Notes: generated by a model not told the origin, from the letters alone. A stretch of DNA of 64,000 nucleotides from Octopus vulgaris (GCA_951406725.2 OX597816.1:165974001-166038000), one strand, 5' to 3'. Counted from the stretch's first letter, positions 1 through 12,830 are shown. Numbers and translations: made by a program.

Positions 1-254
1 ACCATCTTCCCACACCCGCACCATCTCACATCACTATACTCCCATATTTGCACACCTACACGCATCTCTTCACTCCCAATAAACCACACAAATCCCATAT
101 TACTACACACATACACCATCCTCTCTGCATATCTCTCTACACAGTTACCTTCTTATACATGTACACACCATACCACCGTATCCTTCCTTCCTTACATAAC
201 CATAGAACCGCATTCCCATCGGGCTTCTAACCATTTTCTATTTCTTTCCAACCG

Positions 255-410
255 CCTTTTCGTATTCCTTGAAGAAATTTGTCTAGATTCCGTTTAAGGA
301 TGATGGGATCCTTTCCTATTTGATATATTTTGGGACGATGTTAAATAGAGTAAGGTTTGTTGAGGAAAAGAAACTGTGTTGCAATGTATTTACATATTGT
401 GATCCTGCAT
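255..410 (-). mobile_element. CR1/L2-group LINE 3' ORF2 remnant
   Basis: Minus strand reads ...LFNIVPKYIK*(fs)DPIILKRNLDKFLQGI, the LFN.LP...FK..LD.FL C-terminal pattern of CR1/L2-group RTs. Homologous to 7140-7499 and 12838-13130. Confidence 0.65.
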
Positions 411-675
411 ATATGTGTGTATGTATATATTTATATACGTACACACAAACATAAGTGCGTAATCTATGTGCTTGTATTAGTGCTTGTGGAGGTAAGAAGA
501 TCGGCTTTCAGATTTCAGCGAACGTCCTGCAAATCTCCCTCCAGCCCTATAACCATAAACCAAAATAATTGTGTCGTCATATTTTAGAACGACGGGATAT
601 TTAGCAACAGTAAAGCCTTTTAGAGTTAAAACCTCTCCCTCTCTCTCTTACTAATCTCTATTTCCCAATATTTAT

Positions 676-676
676 C

Positions 677-742
<66 letters not shown>
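676..742. repeat. (TCTA)n microsatellite
   Basis: Direct reading. Other GATA/TCTA arrays at about 3780-3849, 9095-9200, 19803-19884, 30340-30483 and 47020-47147. Confidence 0.95.
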
Positions 743-1225
743 AATCTACCTATCTTTCTCTCCCACCCTTCCTTTTATCAATTAGTGACCATTTTGCAAA
801 ACTACTCTCTAGTAATCTTTGCCAGCCATTCTTATTATATTGCATGTTTGGCGATTCTTGAAAAGTTACCGTCAAGGGAGATCAACATTGATCAATTAAC
901 TGAAACATCAAAGGCAAATAAATTTGGCAGAGATAATAAATTTCATAAGAAACACAATGTAACGACGATAGTAAGTAGGAAAAAAAGTTTAAATAGCAAC
1001 GAGAACAGAACCGTACTAAAAACAGATAGTGTCTAGGGAAATGCCAAATGGTATCAGAAGACAAAAAAAAATGAATGAAAGCGAACAAAAGCGGTACCAA
1101 TACAATTGCTATAGTTGTGGCTGTCTTCCAGTATTGCTCTAATTATGGTGCCATAAACTTCTAAAAGTGGTGGAGTTGTGGGAAGAAAACGGCGTCCAAA
1201 ATGGTAGACGGTTGTATGGAATGTC

Positions 1226-1453
1226 GGCAAGCTGGCAGAAACGTTAGCGCGCCGGACGAAATGCTGAGCGGTATTTCGTCTGCCGCTACGTTCTGAGTTC
1301 AAATTCCGCCGAGGTCGACTTTGCCTTTCATCCTTTCGGGGTCGATAAATTAAGTACCAGTTACGCACTGGGGTCGATGTAATCGACTTAATACCTATGT
1401 CTGTCCTTGTTTGTCCCCTCTATGTTTAGCCCCTTGTGGGTAATAAAGAAATA
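1226..1453 (+). mobile_element. SINE family A (GGCGGCGAGCTGGCAGAA head, ~230 bp) with 16-bp TSD
   Basis: Has a B-box-like GAGTTCAAATTCC and the tail AAAGAAATAG. TSD GGTTGTATGGAATGTC at 1210-1225 and 1454-1469. More than 15 related copies in the window. Confidence 0.9.
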
Positions 1454-1541
1454 GGTTGTATGGAATGTCATAGTCTTGCTGTACGTTCGAACTTCTAAAC
1501 GGAAGTTTTAGCTTTGTTGATAAATAAGTATCGTGCTTTGA

Positions 1542-1865
1542 GTGAGAGCGCGTGGCTTAGTGGTTAGGGGTTTTCGGCTCATAATTGTAAGGTCGTGAGT
1601 TCAATTCCCGCCGGCGCGTTGTGTCCTTGAGCAAGACACTTTATTTCACGTTGCTCCAGTCCACTCAGCTGGCAAATATGAGTAGCACCTGTATTCCAAA
1701 GGACCAGCCTTGTTACACACTGTCACGCTGAATCTCCCCGAGAACTACGTTAAGGGTACACGTGTTTGTGGAGCGCTCAGCCACTTACACGTTAATTTTA
1801 CTATCAAGCTGTTCCGTTGATCGTATCAGCTGGGACCCTCGTCGTCGCAACCGACGGAGTGCTCC
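1542..1865 (+). mobile_element. tRNA-derived SINE family C (CORE-like block, tail type C)
   Basis: A box TGGCTTAGTGG, B box GAGTTCAATTCC, CORE-like GTGTCCTTGAGCAAGACACTT. The tail ending CAACCGACGGAGTG is also at 20115-20300(+), 52788-52960(-) and 62713-63010(-). Confidence 0.85.
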
Positions 1866-1992
1866 TATTATTTTATAATTGTGTTTGATGTCTTAAAAGA
1901 TGCACGAGTATATAAGAACTCAATTTCAGCTGTGCTTATCCTTGAAAAAAGTATTTTTGGTGAAGTAACGCGCGTAATATTTCGGCAATCCT

Positions 1993-2183
1993 AAGGTGGC
2001 GATCTGGCCGAATCGTGAGCACGCCGGAAAAAAATTCTTAGCGGCATTTCGTCTGTTTTTACGTTCTGGATTCAAATTCTGCCGAGGCTGACTTTCCTTT
2101 CATCCTTTTGGGATTGATGAAATAGGTACCAGTTGAGCACTAGGATCAATTTAATTGAATTGGCCCCTTTCCCGAAATTGCTG
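1993..2183 (+). mobile_element. Diverged SINE family A copy
   Basis: Colinear with 1226-1453 over the head and body, with an alternative 3' end. Confidence 0.75.
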
Positions 2184-2185
2184 AA

Positions 2186-2278
<93 letters not shown>

Positions 2279-2687
2279 TGTATATGTATGTGTATGTATG
2301 TTTTTAATTGTCTGAGGCCAGGTCGGTACAAAATGTTGTGTACGGTAGTTAACTTATAGAAAGATTTGTGATACAAATATGTAAATGAAAATAAAGTTTA
2401 TTTGGTAGCTGAAAGATTTTGATACTCCACACACCAAAATCGGCAACTAATTTTTCGAATGCATAAGGAACATACACTATTTCTAGCAATTTCTGCATTT
2501 CGACATCAACAAAAAATTACACAACGAATATCGTTAACCCTGAGTTGCTTCAACATTGACAGATTTTCAGTTCGAAATTCTATTATCAGAAGTTTGATAT
2601 TTCTTAATAAAATATAGATATTTTGAAATAATTATGAGAATATATCTTTATATTTATTGTTTACTAATCTAAATAAGAACATGAGTA

Positions 2688-2716
2688 ACCCGGGCAACGC
2701 CAGGTCATTCAGCTAG
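2688..2716 (+). mobile_element. Helitron 3' terminus
   Basis: Hairpin ACCCGGGCAACGCCAGGT followed by CTAG|T. Same terminus as 24010 and 59410. Confidence 0.6.
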
Positions 2717-3401
2717 TGTGTGTGTGTATACACACACATACACACACACACATACACACGCACACACACACACGCACACATGCACATATACATATAAATA
2801 TATATACATACATATTGAATAAAACCCTATTATGGCACCAACGTTTCAAATCTCACGATTTCTTTGGAAGGAGACAAAAGTAACTACACACTACCGACAA
2901 ACATATTGAAGTCCTTTTTTGTGTGTATATATGTATATAGCAGTTTTGTTTTTCATGGAGAATGCATGCACGGGGTTTGTGGAGGTATTTATATGTGTGT
3001 ATTCGGTGAATGAACTGACGAACAGAATTTGTTCCAATAGCTATTGTTCAGAAATCTGTGCGTACGTGATCAGAAAGTTAATAAACTACGTTCACTCCCA
3101 AATGTTTTATTAGTTACATAAAATATTCATCACACTACTTATTTATTAACTATTTCAATGCGAAATTCCTATTTACTTCATTATATATGTATACGTGTGT
3201 GCACACGTGTAGTGATTACAAACAAATTTTCCGCTGCGCTCCTTCTTATTGACTCCAAATTATTCAATTATATATTCACACATTACAGAATCCCCTGCAC
3301 AAACCTGGCAGTGGGCATAATACTACTGTTGGATAATACTAGGTGAAAGCTAAAGGTGGACGAGCTTTATATTGTACGTTCTTAACAGAATATAACCTAA
3401 C

Positions 3402-3475
<74 letters not shown>

Positions 3476-3479
3476 ACCG

Positions 3480-3654
3480 CGTTGGCGATTTTCTTTCTCC
3501 GTCTTCCCTTCCTTGGATCTTTCCTTTTTCTATGTTTCTGACGAAGAGCTCCGCTCAAAACGTTAAATCCTCCTTCTTTCCTTTACTGAGCGTCCAATAA
3601 AACTATACTTGTTCCACGTCCTCGCGTTGTTGTGTTTTCTCTATGTTCATGTTT

Positions 3655-3658
<4 letters not shown>
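3480..3658 (+). mobile_element. Short hammerhead-bearing element (family H1), between (TG)n and (TA)n
   Basis: Closely similar to 15508-15690. Motif CTGACGA-a-GAGC-tcc-GCTC-AAAACGTT at 3538-3564, with G12 mutated to A in this copy. Confidence 0.7.
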
Positions 3659-3739
<81 letters not shown>

Positions 3740-3780
3740 TGTGTGTGTATAGAGAGAGAGATAATAGATAGGTAGGTATG

Positions 3781-3849
<69 letters not shown>

Positions 3850-3892
3850 TAGGAAATGGAGTCAAACGCAGATGTTATTCAAACCATTTATA

Positions 3893-3981
3893 CTTCCAAC
3901 ATATGTTTCGAAAAAAGCATTGAGATTATTCCGGAGGAAGTAAAAGCGATGTAATACAATGCATTCATTTTGTCAGGGAAG
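3893..3981 (-). ncRNA. Type I hammerhead ribozyme motif (pLTR copy, G8 mutated)
   Basis: Reverse complement reads CTTCC-CTGACAA-[GCATTG...CAATGC stem II]-GAAAC-atat-GTT-GGAAG. Confidence 0.65.
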
Positions 3982-4724
3982 AAAAGAAGCAAAACACAGC
4001 AATAAGCTCTTTTAACCGAATGTGATTACCACGTACCTAAGGAGAACGCTAGCAAGTTATCTTTTTAAACAGTCGTTAATAGATTCAACGTCAAATTAGA
4101 GAAGAGAAGGTGAAAAAAGTAAGAAATTAAGAGAAAATTAAGAGTGGAAAATATTATGTGAAAGTAATGGAAATAAAGTTTAAAAGCGCAGTAATAAATA
4201 TAAATAATGGAAATGAAAGCAGTTAAAGCTCGATATATATAAATTGGTAGAAATTACTTAAAGTAGCTATAGGTATGTTTTTTCCAATGCGTGCAACGGT
4301 AAACGCATTCTTTAAACGTGTTTACAAGAGTATTTTTCGAGAAAAGGATGAAAAATTGTTCTTCAATACAGAGCGGACAAAAAGATTTACCTTTGTCACA
4401 TGGGAAAGATCTAGATAGAATTTTCCATTCCAAAAAATATTGTTTATTATGTTCATTTAGAGACCAAATTAATTTACTAAACTCAGTATTGTTGTGTTTA
4501 TTGATATGTCTAAATGTCGAATAATGGTTAGATAATCTTTTCGACGACTGAGACGAAGAACAACCTATTTAAAAAAATATATTAGAACCAGAAGTAATTT
4601 GACATTGATAAACAGAGTTTCTAGTCTTAGAATTACCGCTAAGGAAACGAATTCGATTCAAATTTCTATCAGAAACATTGATATTGCTGTTATTATTGTT
4701 GATAATAATATCATTGTTATTACT

Positions 4725-4860
4725 TTCATTAAGAAAATAATAACATTAAGAAAATGATAACGCATTAAGAAAATAATAATGCATTTATTTTCATTAAGAA
4801 AATAATAACATTATTATTTTCATTAAGAAAATAACATTAAGAAAATAATAATGCATTTAC
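4725..4860. repeat. Short tandem repeat (CATTAAGAAAATAATAA-like units) inside the PLE linker
   Basis: About 6 imperfect copies read directly. Confidence 0.8.
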
Positions 4861-5221
4861 TAACTTATGGTTATGTGAAGAAATGATTTGTGAAAGATTT
4901 TTGGTGTTTGAAAATCCTATTCTAATTCGGTGTGAATTGATAATAGAATGGTATTTGGAATTTTTGGAAAATTCTTGTCTATATAAGTTAAGGCTAATAT
5001 CTCAAAAATTGGCTTTAGTTTTATCATCATCGAAAATAATGTTTAAGTCCATGTTACCGAAAAAATTAACTAATCTATTTTTAACTCTGTAATTTTTGGT
5101 TAGAAACATTTTGAAGGTTGAGTCGCGATATAACTTACTAATGTTCTCCTTACATTATACATTTACGTGCGTGATAATCACATTTGGATAAAATGGCTTA
5201 TGGATGTATTTTGTTCCTTTT

Positions 5222-5311
5222 CTTCCCTGACGAGATGAATGCATTGTTTTACATCATTTTTATTCCCTTTGGAATAATCTCAATGCTTTTCTTCGGAACA
5301 AACGTTGGAAG
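5222..5311 (+). ncRNA. Type I hammerhead ribozyme motif (inverted pLTR copy, GAAA mutated to GGAA)
   Basis: CTTCC-CTGACGA-[stem II]-GGAAC-aaac-GTT-GGAAG; stem I is CTTCC/GGAAG. Confidence 0.65.
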
Positions 5312-5534
5312 TATAAATGGTTTGAAAAACACCTGCATTTGACTCCATTTAATTAATTCATCCATGTGATACAAAAACACTTCACTTAACCCTGGAATTT
5401 CTACCTTCATGGGTAGTCTGTAATATCTTTGGCTCGTAACTATTTATCTGTTTTTTTCCTTGCTATTCGTACACACTGAAAAAATATACATGCATACATA
5501 CATACATACATACATACATACATACATACATACA

Positions 5535-5603
<69 letters not shown>

Positions 5604-5622
5604 GTGTATAGATAGATAGATA

Positions 5623-5662
<40 letters not shown>

Positions 5663-5665
<3 letters not shown>

Positions 5666-5922
5666 GATGCGTAAGGTATATAAGGACATACCTTTTTGGG
5701 GTCATTGCTGCACTTTTTGCTAACTCTTTGCATAATCTTTGTTTGAGAAAATAATAATGACAGATCCTCAGCTTACTCAAGAAATGAAGAGGCATGCTGT
5801 TATTGTGGTTATAAAGGCTAAGCATAGCCATTAAGAAATATCTCGAGCTTTAAAAGTTGTCAGATCTTTCATCTACAAAGTTTGTAAGGAGCTAGAGACT
5901 GAAGATGGAAACATATCACCAC
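5663..5922 (+). mobile_element. Tc1/mariner (maT/DD37D-like) left end and transposase N-terminus, decayed
   Basis: Starts TA|CAGG. Translates MTDPQLTQEMKRHAVIVVIKAKHSH*EISRALKVVRSFIYKVCKELE, an HTH-like N-terminus. Confidence 0.65.
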
Positions 5923-6039
5923 TTTACACCCATTTTCTCCTCAGCAAACCAAACACAATACAGGCTTTCCACAACAATCCACCTACTACAATCATTTTTT
6001 AGACCTAAATCAGAGAAACAGAGATGTGAAATAGAACAA

Positions 6040-6205
6040 AATGTACTAGAACAACCGGAAATAATCAACTTATCAAAGAGAATCCCAAGTATTACACAAA
6101 CTAAAATTCTAACAAGAGGTTTAAAGTTTATAGCAACCCCTCGCAGATCGAACCCGAATGAAATTAAATATAACTCTATGGATTACTGCCGAAAATTACG
6201 CTGGA
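6040..6205 (+). mobile_element. Penelope-like element ORF N-terminal fragment
   Basis: IINLSKR..QTKILTRGLKFIATP..NEIK....YCRKLR matches the PLE NLS...L.+GL.F.P.P...F.R+LR motif upstream of RT. Confidence 0.7.
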
Positions 6206-6329
6206 CGACTTGCACAGAGGATTTGTTTAGAGTGATCAAATGTATGTGCTGTATATTAGGTCACACTGTCCATCAAAGTGACGTTGTCTGATGAAGTGCA
6301 TGAAGTGCACCGTGTGCCATATGTCAGGT

Positions 6330-6447
6330 GTCGAAGTGGTTGCAGAGCAACGCGAAATGAAGTGCTTTGGTCAAGAACACAACCATTGTTGAGGAACTGG
6401 AACCATGATCTCGCGATCCTGCGTGCTTCACCCTAACCACTAGGCCA
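6330..6447 (-). mobile_element. Diverged tRNA/CORE-like SINE head
   Basis: GAGCAACGCGAAATGAAGTGCTTTGGTCAAGAACACAAC...CTAACCACTAGGCCA is the reverse complement of the family C head. Confidence 0.6.
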
Positions 6448-6471
6448 TGTATGTATAAATACATGCATACC

Positions 6472-6581
<110 letters not shown>

Positions 6582-6587
6582 TATGCA

Positions 6588-6775
6588 GTCGCCATGATGG
6601 ATCGGTAGCCACTACACACATTTTTTCTCTCCTTGTTTCTTTCTCTGTTCTTTTCTGTGGAAGAGCGTAGGCTCGAAACGTAAAATACTTTTTCAATTCC
6701 CGACCGTTAAACTAATACATCTGTTTTTTTTTCTACACCACCTGTCTTCGTCTTTGTTTTTATCGTGAATTTTCC

Positions 6776-6780
<5 letters not shown>
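6588..6780 (+). mobile_element. Short hammerhead-bearing element (family H2) ending in (TA)n
   Basis: Homologous to 12640-12830(+), 35341-35550(-) and 45947-46137(+). Motif CTGTGGA-a-GAGC-gtag-GCTC-GAAACGTA at 6655-6682. Confidence 0.75.
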
Positions 6781-6818
<38 letters not shown>

Positions 6819-6859
6819 AGAGAGAGAGAGAGAGAACAAATATATATAGAACAGAAATA

Positions 6860-6980
6860 GCTCTGACGAAAGTAGCATTAATTTCTTTAGGTCGTTCAAT
6901 TTGCCTTAGTTGATCAATTGACCATTTGAATAAAACTATTAATAATGCACCTATAATGACTACTGGAAACAGCTGTAAGT
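6860..6980 (+). ncRNA. Type I hammerhead motif with long stem II
   Basis: CTGACGA(6863)-a-AGTAG...CTACT-g-GAAAC-agct-GTA(6975-6977). Stem I is weak. Lies in an island between microsatellites. Confidence 0.6.
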
Positions 6981-7033
6981 GAAATTTGCTCTAATAAAGG
7001 AATTATATGTAATGACCATTATTTTTAACTTGT

Positions 7034-7115
<82 letters not shown>

Positions 7116-7139
7116 GCTTGTAAATAAATTACTTTGCGA

Positions 7140-7497
7140 TATGTTTCGACCAAAGATTGGTCCAGGCCATTTCTAACTTAATAATAACACCTGACAGGAT
7201 TATCTAAATCCTGTTTAATCTTGTTTAAGTCAAGTTTTGTTTATGGTCCATTCAAGTAGTGAGTTATTGTTGAGGGCGTTGTATCCAGGTATAGGTGGCT
7301 TATCCGGTATTCCTTGAAGAAATCTGTCCAGATTCCGTTTAAAGGTGATGGGATCCTTTTCTTCTTTGTTCTCTTTCGGGACAATGTTAAACAGACAATG
7401 TCTGTAGAGGAAAAGAGATTATGTCGCAGTGTACCTATATGCTGTGATCCTTAATTGGGCAGGGGACGTACGGCTTGTGGTCCCAGCCTTGGATGAA

Positions 7498-7499
<2 letters not shown>
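7140..7499 (-). mobile_element. CR1/L2-group LINE 3' end
   Basis: Minus strand reads VHPRLGP...LFNIVPKENKEEKDPITFKRNLDRFLQGIPDKPPIPGYNALNNNSLLEW, plus a 3' UTR shared with 12838-12900. Confidence 0.75.
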
Positions 7500-7535
<36 letters not shown>

Positions 7536-7695
7536 CACCACCATTTTGACAGGATGTACTGCTCTCTCACTCAATAATAATAATGATAATAATAATAATG
7601 ATGATGATGATGATGATACCAACAACATCGATAACGTCATCAAGAACATCTTCAGCTACTACTATATTAATAACACCAACAGCATTAATGAGTAC

Positions 7696-7737
<42 letters not shown>

Positions 7738-8867
7738 GAGCAACACTATTTTCATGTGACCTATATCGACATAATCTTAGGCGAATAAAATAATAAAGTG
7801 AAGCGAAAACGAGGCTTTATTGAGCGCATATTTCTGTATCTTCGTTGTTGCTTCCGGTTTTCGGTTTTTCCTTGTCAAATGTTTGCATAGATAAACGAGC
7901 AAATTAAATAATTTCTAGGTAGTGATTGAAATGTAAGAAACAGCAGTCAAATATTTTTCAAGTCACTCAGTGTATTCCTATGTAGATAATATATAGATGT
8001 GTACAGTCACGTTTAAACATGTGTATACACACTCGGACATAGACAACAATACGCTGCAGAAATTTCTTGGGAGAAAAAGTCCTCAACAGGGGGTCGTTAT
8101 AACCCTTTGGTGGGGGTGATTCATATAAGATTTTGTTAAAATTTATCTCTAACAAATTGGTTATACTTCTGCGATGCACAAAATATTTTAATAATTTTTT
8201 AATAGGCGCAGGCATGGCTGTGTGGTAAGACGGCGATGAGCTGGCAGAAACGTTAGCACGCCGGGCGAAATGCGTAGCCGTATTTCGTCTGTGGAGTGCT
8301 CAACCACTTGCATATTGGTTCCATGATCTGATCAAGTGAAACCATCTTCGTCTGGAGTGCCAGGACGAAGATTATTTTTGAGGGACGTTATTTCTAGAAG
8401 AAAAAAGTAGTTGGGCCCACACAGCATCACATATGGTAATTTCAAAGCCCTTTGGTTGTTATATCTTGCAAATTTTCCTTCCTCTTTTAGTTCAGCCATT
8501 TTGAGCTTCGATATTATGCTGACAAGATTCTTTCGTGTCGTTGCAGGTATTTTTTAATTGTTTCGTCATTTTGTAAATTTATTTTTCAGCATTTTTAGCT
8601 CTTTATTTCCCAAAAAAATTATTTTACCATTTTTCTTTTCAATGGAACCAACCTTAATCCAATAAGTGAGATAAATACCGAGTTGCCATGTAATTATATA
8701 TCGAACATTCAATTCCAGAATATCCTGGTTACTTATTTTCTCTGTCTATTTTCTTTGATTCTGTTAATCTTGTCACGAAGTTGGCAGCTCCTCAAAATCA
8801 ATACTGATAGAGTTCTTTTCTCCTTTTCTTCTATGTTTTAAATTGTATTTTTATTGTTCCATTTTCC

Positions 8868-8908
<41 letters not shown>

Positions 8909-9094
8909 TAATAATAATAATAAACAAATTCTGCCCTGCATGTTAACAAGATCTAACAAGTCAGAAGGACAACTTTTTTTATGTATATATTTTCTTAATA
9001 GATTTATCAGATAGAAAGAGAGATAATTTTTTATTTTTATTGATTGGATATACATAGACAGATATTGGTAGATAAATAAATAAGAGATAAATTC

Positions 9095-9202
<108 letters not shown>

Positions 9203-9644
9203 CTGGTTTGGTCGATAGATTGGCAAGGAATTGGTGGTTGATAGGAAAAACAAAATATGCAACATCCTCCTTCTTGATTCCGATGGATCTGATTTCTTCT
9301 CACCTTAATCACTTTGCCTACCGCTTAGATGTTATAATTCACGTCTGATGGAGGTTTAAGGTAGTTTATCAACCTAGTAGATATAACAGCTAAAGCCACA
9401 TGAAACTACACGTCAAGGAAGGGCATACTGGATATTGAAGTTGAAGGTGCGTAATGTCCGGAAAATGGGAAGGTATGGTCATGCCTGGATTATCATTTAC
9501 TGTCTTTCTGCCTTATTGGGACTGACCAGGGACTAAATAACAGCAAGAAAGAAGGACACATGAAATGACGTAGCCCTAGATACAACAAGTCTGTTTAAGA
9601 CAATAGTTCCCGACCGGGGTCCATAAAGCCCTCGGGAAGGTCTT

Positions 9645-9848
9645 TATTCTTTTACTTGTTTCAATCATTTGACTGCGGCCATGCTGAAGCACCGCATTTA
9701 GTCGAACAATCGAACCCAGGACTTATTCTTTGTAAGAATAAGTACTTAATCTATCGGTCTCTTTTGCCGAACCGCTAAGTTACGGGAATGTAAACACACC
9801 AACATCGGTTGTCAAGTGATGGTGGTGGGGTGACATACACAGACACAC

Positions 9849-9850
<2 letters not shown>
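9645..9850 (-). mobile_element. SINE family B, 3' half
   Basis: Reverse complement of the family B 3' domain ending CAAATGAYTGAAACAAGTAAAAGA. Confidence 0.85.
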
Positions 9851-9904
<54 letters not shown>

Positions 9905-10398
9905 AATAAAATGAGACAACAAAGCCAAGGCTGTGTGGAATTTTCAGGACATTTATAAAGAGAAAGTTAGTCTTACAGCTGTTTCTGGGATATTAAAGAT
10001 ATCCCTTCGTCAGAGACGATCTGAGGTGGTTAGAGGGAAATATTAGAGTTCAATATAAGGAGTTATTTTGGAAAAATAAGCTTACATAGTTTTACCTGCC
10101 ACCTTGGGTCTTCTGGATACCAATACCTCTCATCTCCACTGGTTATGTCCCGTGAGGTCGGCTATGTCTCAATCTGGTGTGTGTCGGTACATTTGTAGCG
10201 CTGTTTCTAAGTTATGTGTTATACGTGCAGCTTCCTTTTTTTACCCTTTTTCCCCTTCTTTTTTTTTTGTTATAACAAGAAAAAAAGAAGAGGGAAAAAA
10301 TGGGGGGCTAAAAGGAAGCTGTATATATAATACATAACTTAGAAGCAGCGCTACATCTGTACCAACGCACACGAGATTGAGACATAGCCGACCTCACG
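9905..10398. mobile_element. PLE pLTR-like family P1 copy with hammerhead and ~250-bp palindrome
   Basis: CCAAGGCTGTG end shared with 14216 and 60679. 10085-10135 is similar to 60860-60910. Palindrome 10151-10398 is centred on TTGTTATAACAA. Confidence 0.65.
9970..10017 (-). ncRNA. Intact minimal type I hammerhead motif
   Basis: Reverse complement reads GTCT-CTGACGA-a-GGGATAT-cttta-ATATCCC-a-GAAAC-agct-GTA-AGAC. All core nucleotides, stem I and stem II are present. Confidence 0.85.
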
Positions 10399-10683
10399 CA
10401 CTTCTCATGAGGAATTCCAGAAGGAACTTCGTGAGACCACTACTGAGACGCTTCCGAAAAAAGAAAATCCGTTAGAAAACCGATTAAAGCAACGACTCCA
10501 TCTAAGAATATCTAAAGATAGGAATTGTATTCCGAAATATCGTCGGACTATGGATAACTAAATTACAACAGATCCATTATATAGTCCATTTTTTTTTTAT
10601 ATTATAGTGCATTATTGTACCATTCAAAACATTTTATTCTTTATCAACATTACACAATGCTTCAAGCGAACTATAATACTCTC

Positions 10684-10723
<40 letters not shown>

Positions 10724-10779
10724 GGAGAGAGATAGAGAGAGAGAGAGAGAGATAGATAGATAGATTGATAGATAGATAT

Positions 10780-10925
10780 TCGACGAGCTTCTTTCCGTTC
10801 CCGTCTACCAAATCCTCTTACAAGGCAATAGTAGAAGATACTTGCCCAAGTGCTACACAGTGGGACTAAACCTGAAACCAGGTGGTCTGGAAACAAACTT
10901 CTTATTATATACCCACATCTGCACC
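10780..10925 (-). mobile_element. SINE family B, 5' half (diverged)
   Basis: Reverse complement of the TAGGYGCAG...TTGGGCAAGT...GGATTTGGTAGACGG head. Confidence 0.75.
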
Positions 10926-11201
10926 TAACAATAAAGTAGGACACGTTGAATAATATATTTTTCAATATATTATTCAAGAAACCAATACAGTATGCTCACA
11001 ACATGATCATCTTTGATCACCGGTTTGCTCTACGTGAGGTTAAAAATACACTCACAAATCATCATTAGTCAATGACAGTTGAATTATCACATGTCAGCAT
11101 TGTATAATATTCATTATATTTCTCTTTCATAGTCTAATTATTTTTCTAAATTTTTATTAATTAACTATTTATAGTAATTTCATATAACTTTGTTGAAAAC
11201 A

Positions 11202-11751
11202 TCGGTGTTAGATAAAAAAAAATCGCCATTTTCTTGATTTAAGAAATTTTGCCGTAAAGGAAAATTTGTCGTAAGACAAAATTGCCGTATGCACAATGAT
11301 AAACTGTATTTATATCAGTATTTCTCACGACCATCGGAGCGCGAAGCACTCCTCACGAACGCAGTTCGTGAGATGGTTGTGATCTGTAAACAGTTTTGAG
11401 TAGGAACCGAAAAAAGAAGAACGAACACGCAATGCGCATGTGCACACTCAATTCGTAAAACGGAAGAAAATAATTAAAACGTATCTCAAAATAAACGGGA
11501 AAGAAGAGTAAAAATGCAATGTCAGACAAGTTATATGATGGTTTGCCTGCCGCGACTGACGCCTCTATCACGCTTTGCTGCAAATTTCTTATTTAAAATT
11601 AAAATGAAGTAAGGTTTCATAAAAGCATTAAATATGCAAGACTTTATTCAACGGCAAACATTAAAAGAATGTGATAAGGTCATTTAAAACGAAATTTCTT
11701 CGGGCGAATCTTCTTACAGCAAAAATGTTTACTGCGAAATTTCCTATAACC
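11202..11751. mobile_element. Non-autonomous DNA transposon with repetitive (foldback-like) inverted ends
   Basis: Left end has 3-4 ~15-bp units AGGAAATTTYGCCGT (11240-11290). Right end has the same units inverted (11690-11751). Internal hairpin CTCACGAAC-gca-GTTCGTGAG. Confidence 0.5.
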
Positions 11752-12639
11752 TGAAGATTCATAACATCTATGACCCTGCATTTACAATAGAAACTTCTGA
11801 AGCAGAGCTATATATAGTTCTAAGCAGAAAATATATCTGGAATATATAGATTTTTTCCATTTTTATCATACATTCAGCTCACTTAGAAGATGAAACTCAT
11901 TTCCGAAATCACAAATTAATTTTCCAGTTTTAATCCAAGACAATAGCTTCGTTCTGCTTCTGGCTTTTAGAATATTCTATTAGACCAGAAAAGATATGTT
12001 CTGTACTAATTGTTGAATTGTGGTTTATTAATTTCATTGATGCTTTCCTTACCAATCGAGAAAATTGGTAAAATCTGTGCCACTCCGGTGATCTAAATAC
12101 ATTCCGAAAACATCTATGTTATGAGTTCGCACCTCAACCAAGTCATTTTTTGGCTTTCATCCTTTTGGAATCGATATAATTAATTGTCATTATACCTAAG
12201 ATTGAAATCTTTTATTTCTTACAAGAGCAACGGGTTTACAATGGTTAGAGTGTCGGGAATAATGCTTTGTCGTATGTTCTTGCTCATTAAAAATTTCTGG
12301 GTTTAAATCTCAGTGAAGTCGACTTTGCCTTTCATTCCTTTTCTTCAAGATCGATATAATAAAGTACCAGTCGTACTGGAGCCAGTGTAGTCGACAAATC
12401 TGCGCCCAAAATTGTTAAAGTTGTAGGCAAATTAGGAACTATTGTGTGTGTGTGTGTGTGTGTGTGTACGAGTGAGTGGACAAATGAAAGAGAAGAGACA
12501 TTCAACACATTTTGTTGGAGTTACATATATTATTATTTAAAATAGTTAAGGCAGCGAGCTGCCAGAATCGTTGGAACTTTGGGCAAAATGCTTAGAGACA
12601 TTTTTCCTTACTTACGTCCTAAGTCTATATACATACACC

Positions 12640-12830
12640 TGCCATAATTGACAGCTAGCTCCAAAGGATTTTTTAAAATCTCTCTCTGTTTATTTCCTCG
12701 TGTTCCTTTATGTTGAAGAGCGTTGGCTCGAAACGTAAAAAATGTTCTCACGTTCCCGAGCGTTAAATTAATACACCTGTTTGTTGTTTATACACCTATC
12801 TTCGTCTTTTGTTTTTCTGTAAATTTCAAT
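12640..12830 (+). mobile_element. Family H2 element (hammerhead core decayed to ATGTTGA)
   Basis: ATGTTGA-a-GAGC-gttg-GCTC-GAAACGTA at 12710-12737. Colinear with 6588-6780. Confidence 0.7.

Larger units (their letters stand above)
3854..5440 (-). mobile_element. Internally deleted Penelope-like element with inverted pseudo-LTRs
   Basis: Minus strand 5120->4255 gives an RT piece (NFFGNMDLNIIF..KANF*DISLNL), a linker (KYHSIINSHRIRIGFSNTKNLSQIISSHN) and a GIY-YIG domain (SVYQCQITSGSNIFF*IGC..KRLSNHYSTF..TEFSKLIWSL..WKIL..CPLCIEEQ..CTHW). Flanked by ~180-bp inverted repeats at 3854-4035 and 5165-5350. Confidence 0.85.

Noticed and set aside
1542-1612. tRNA gene-like sequence (also 31305-31380, 48313-48372)
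   Set aside because: A and B boxes run straight into a SINE body and tail, with no complete cloverleaf or terminator. These are SINE heads.
6288-6312. CTGATGA followed by a GTGCA/TGCAC stem
   Set aside because: No GAAA or cleavage triplet follows, so it is not counted as a hammerhead.
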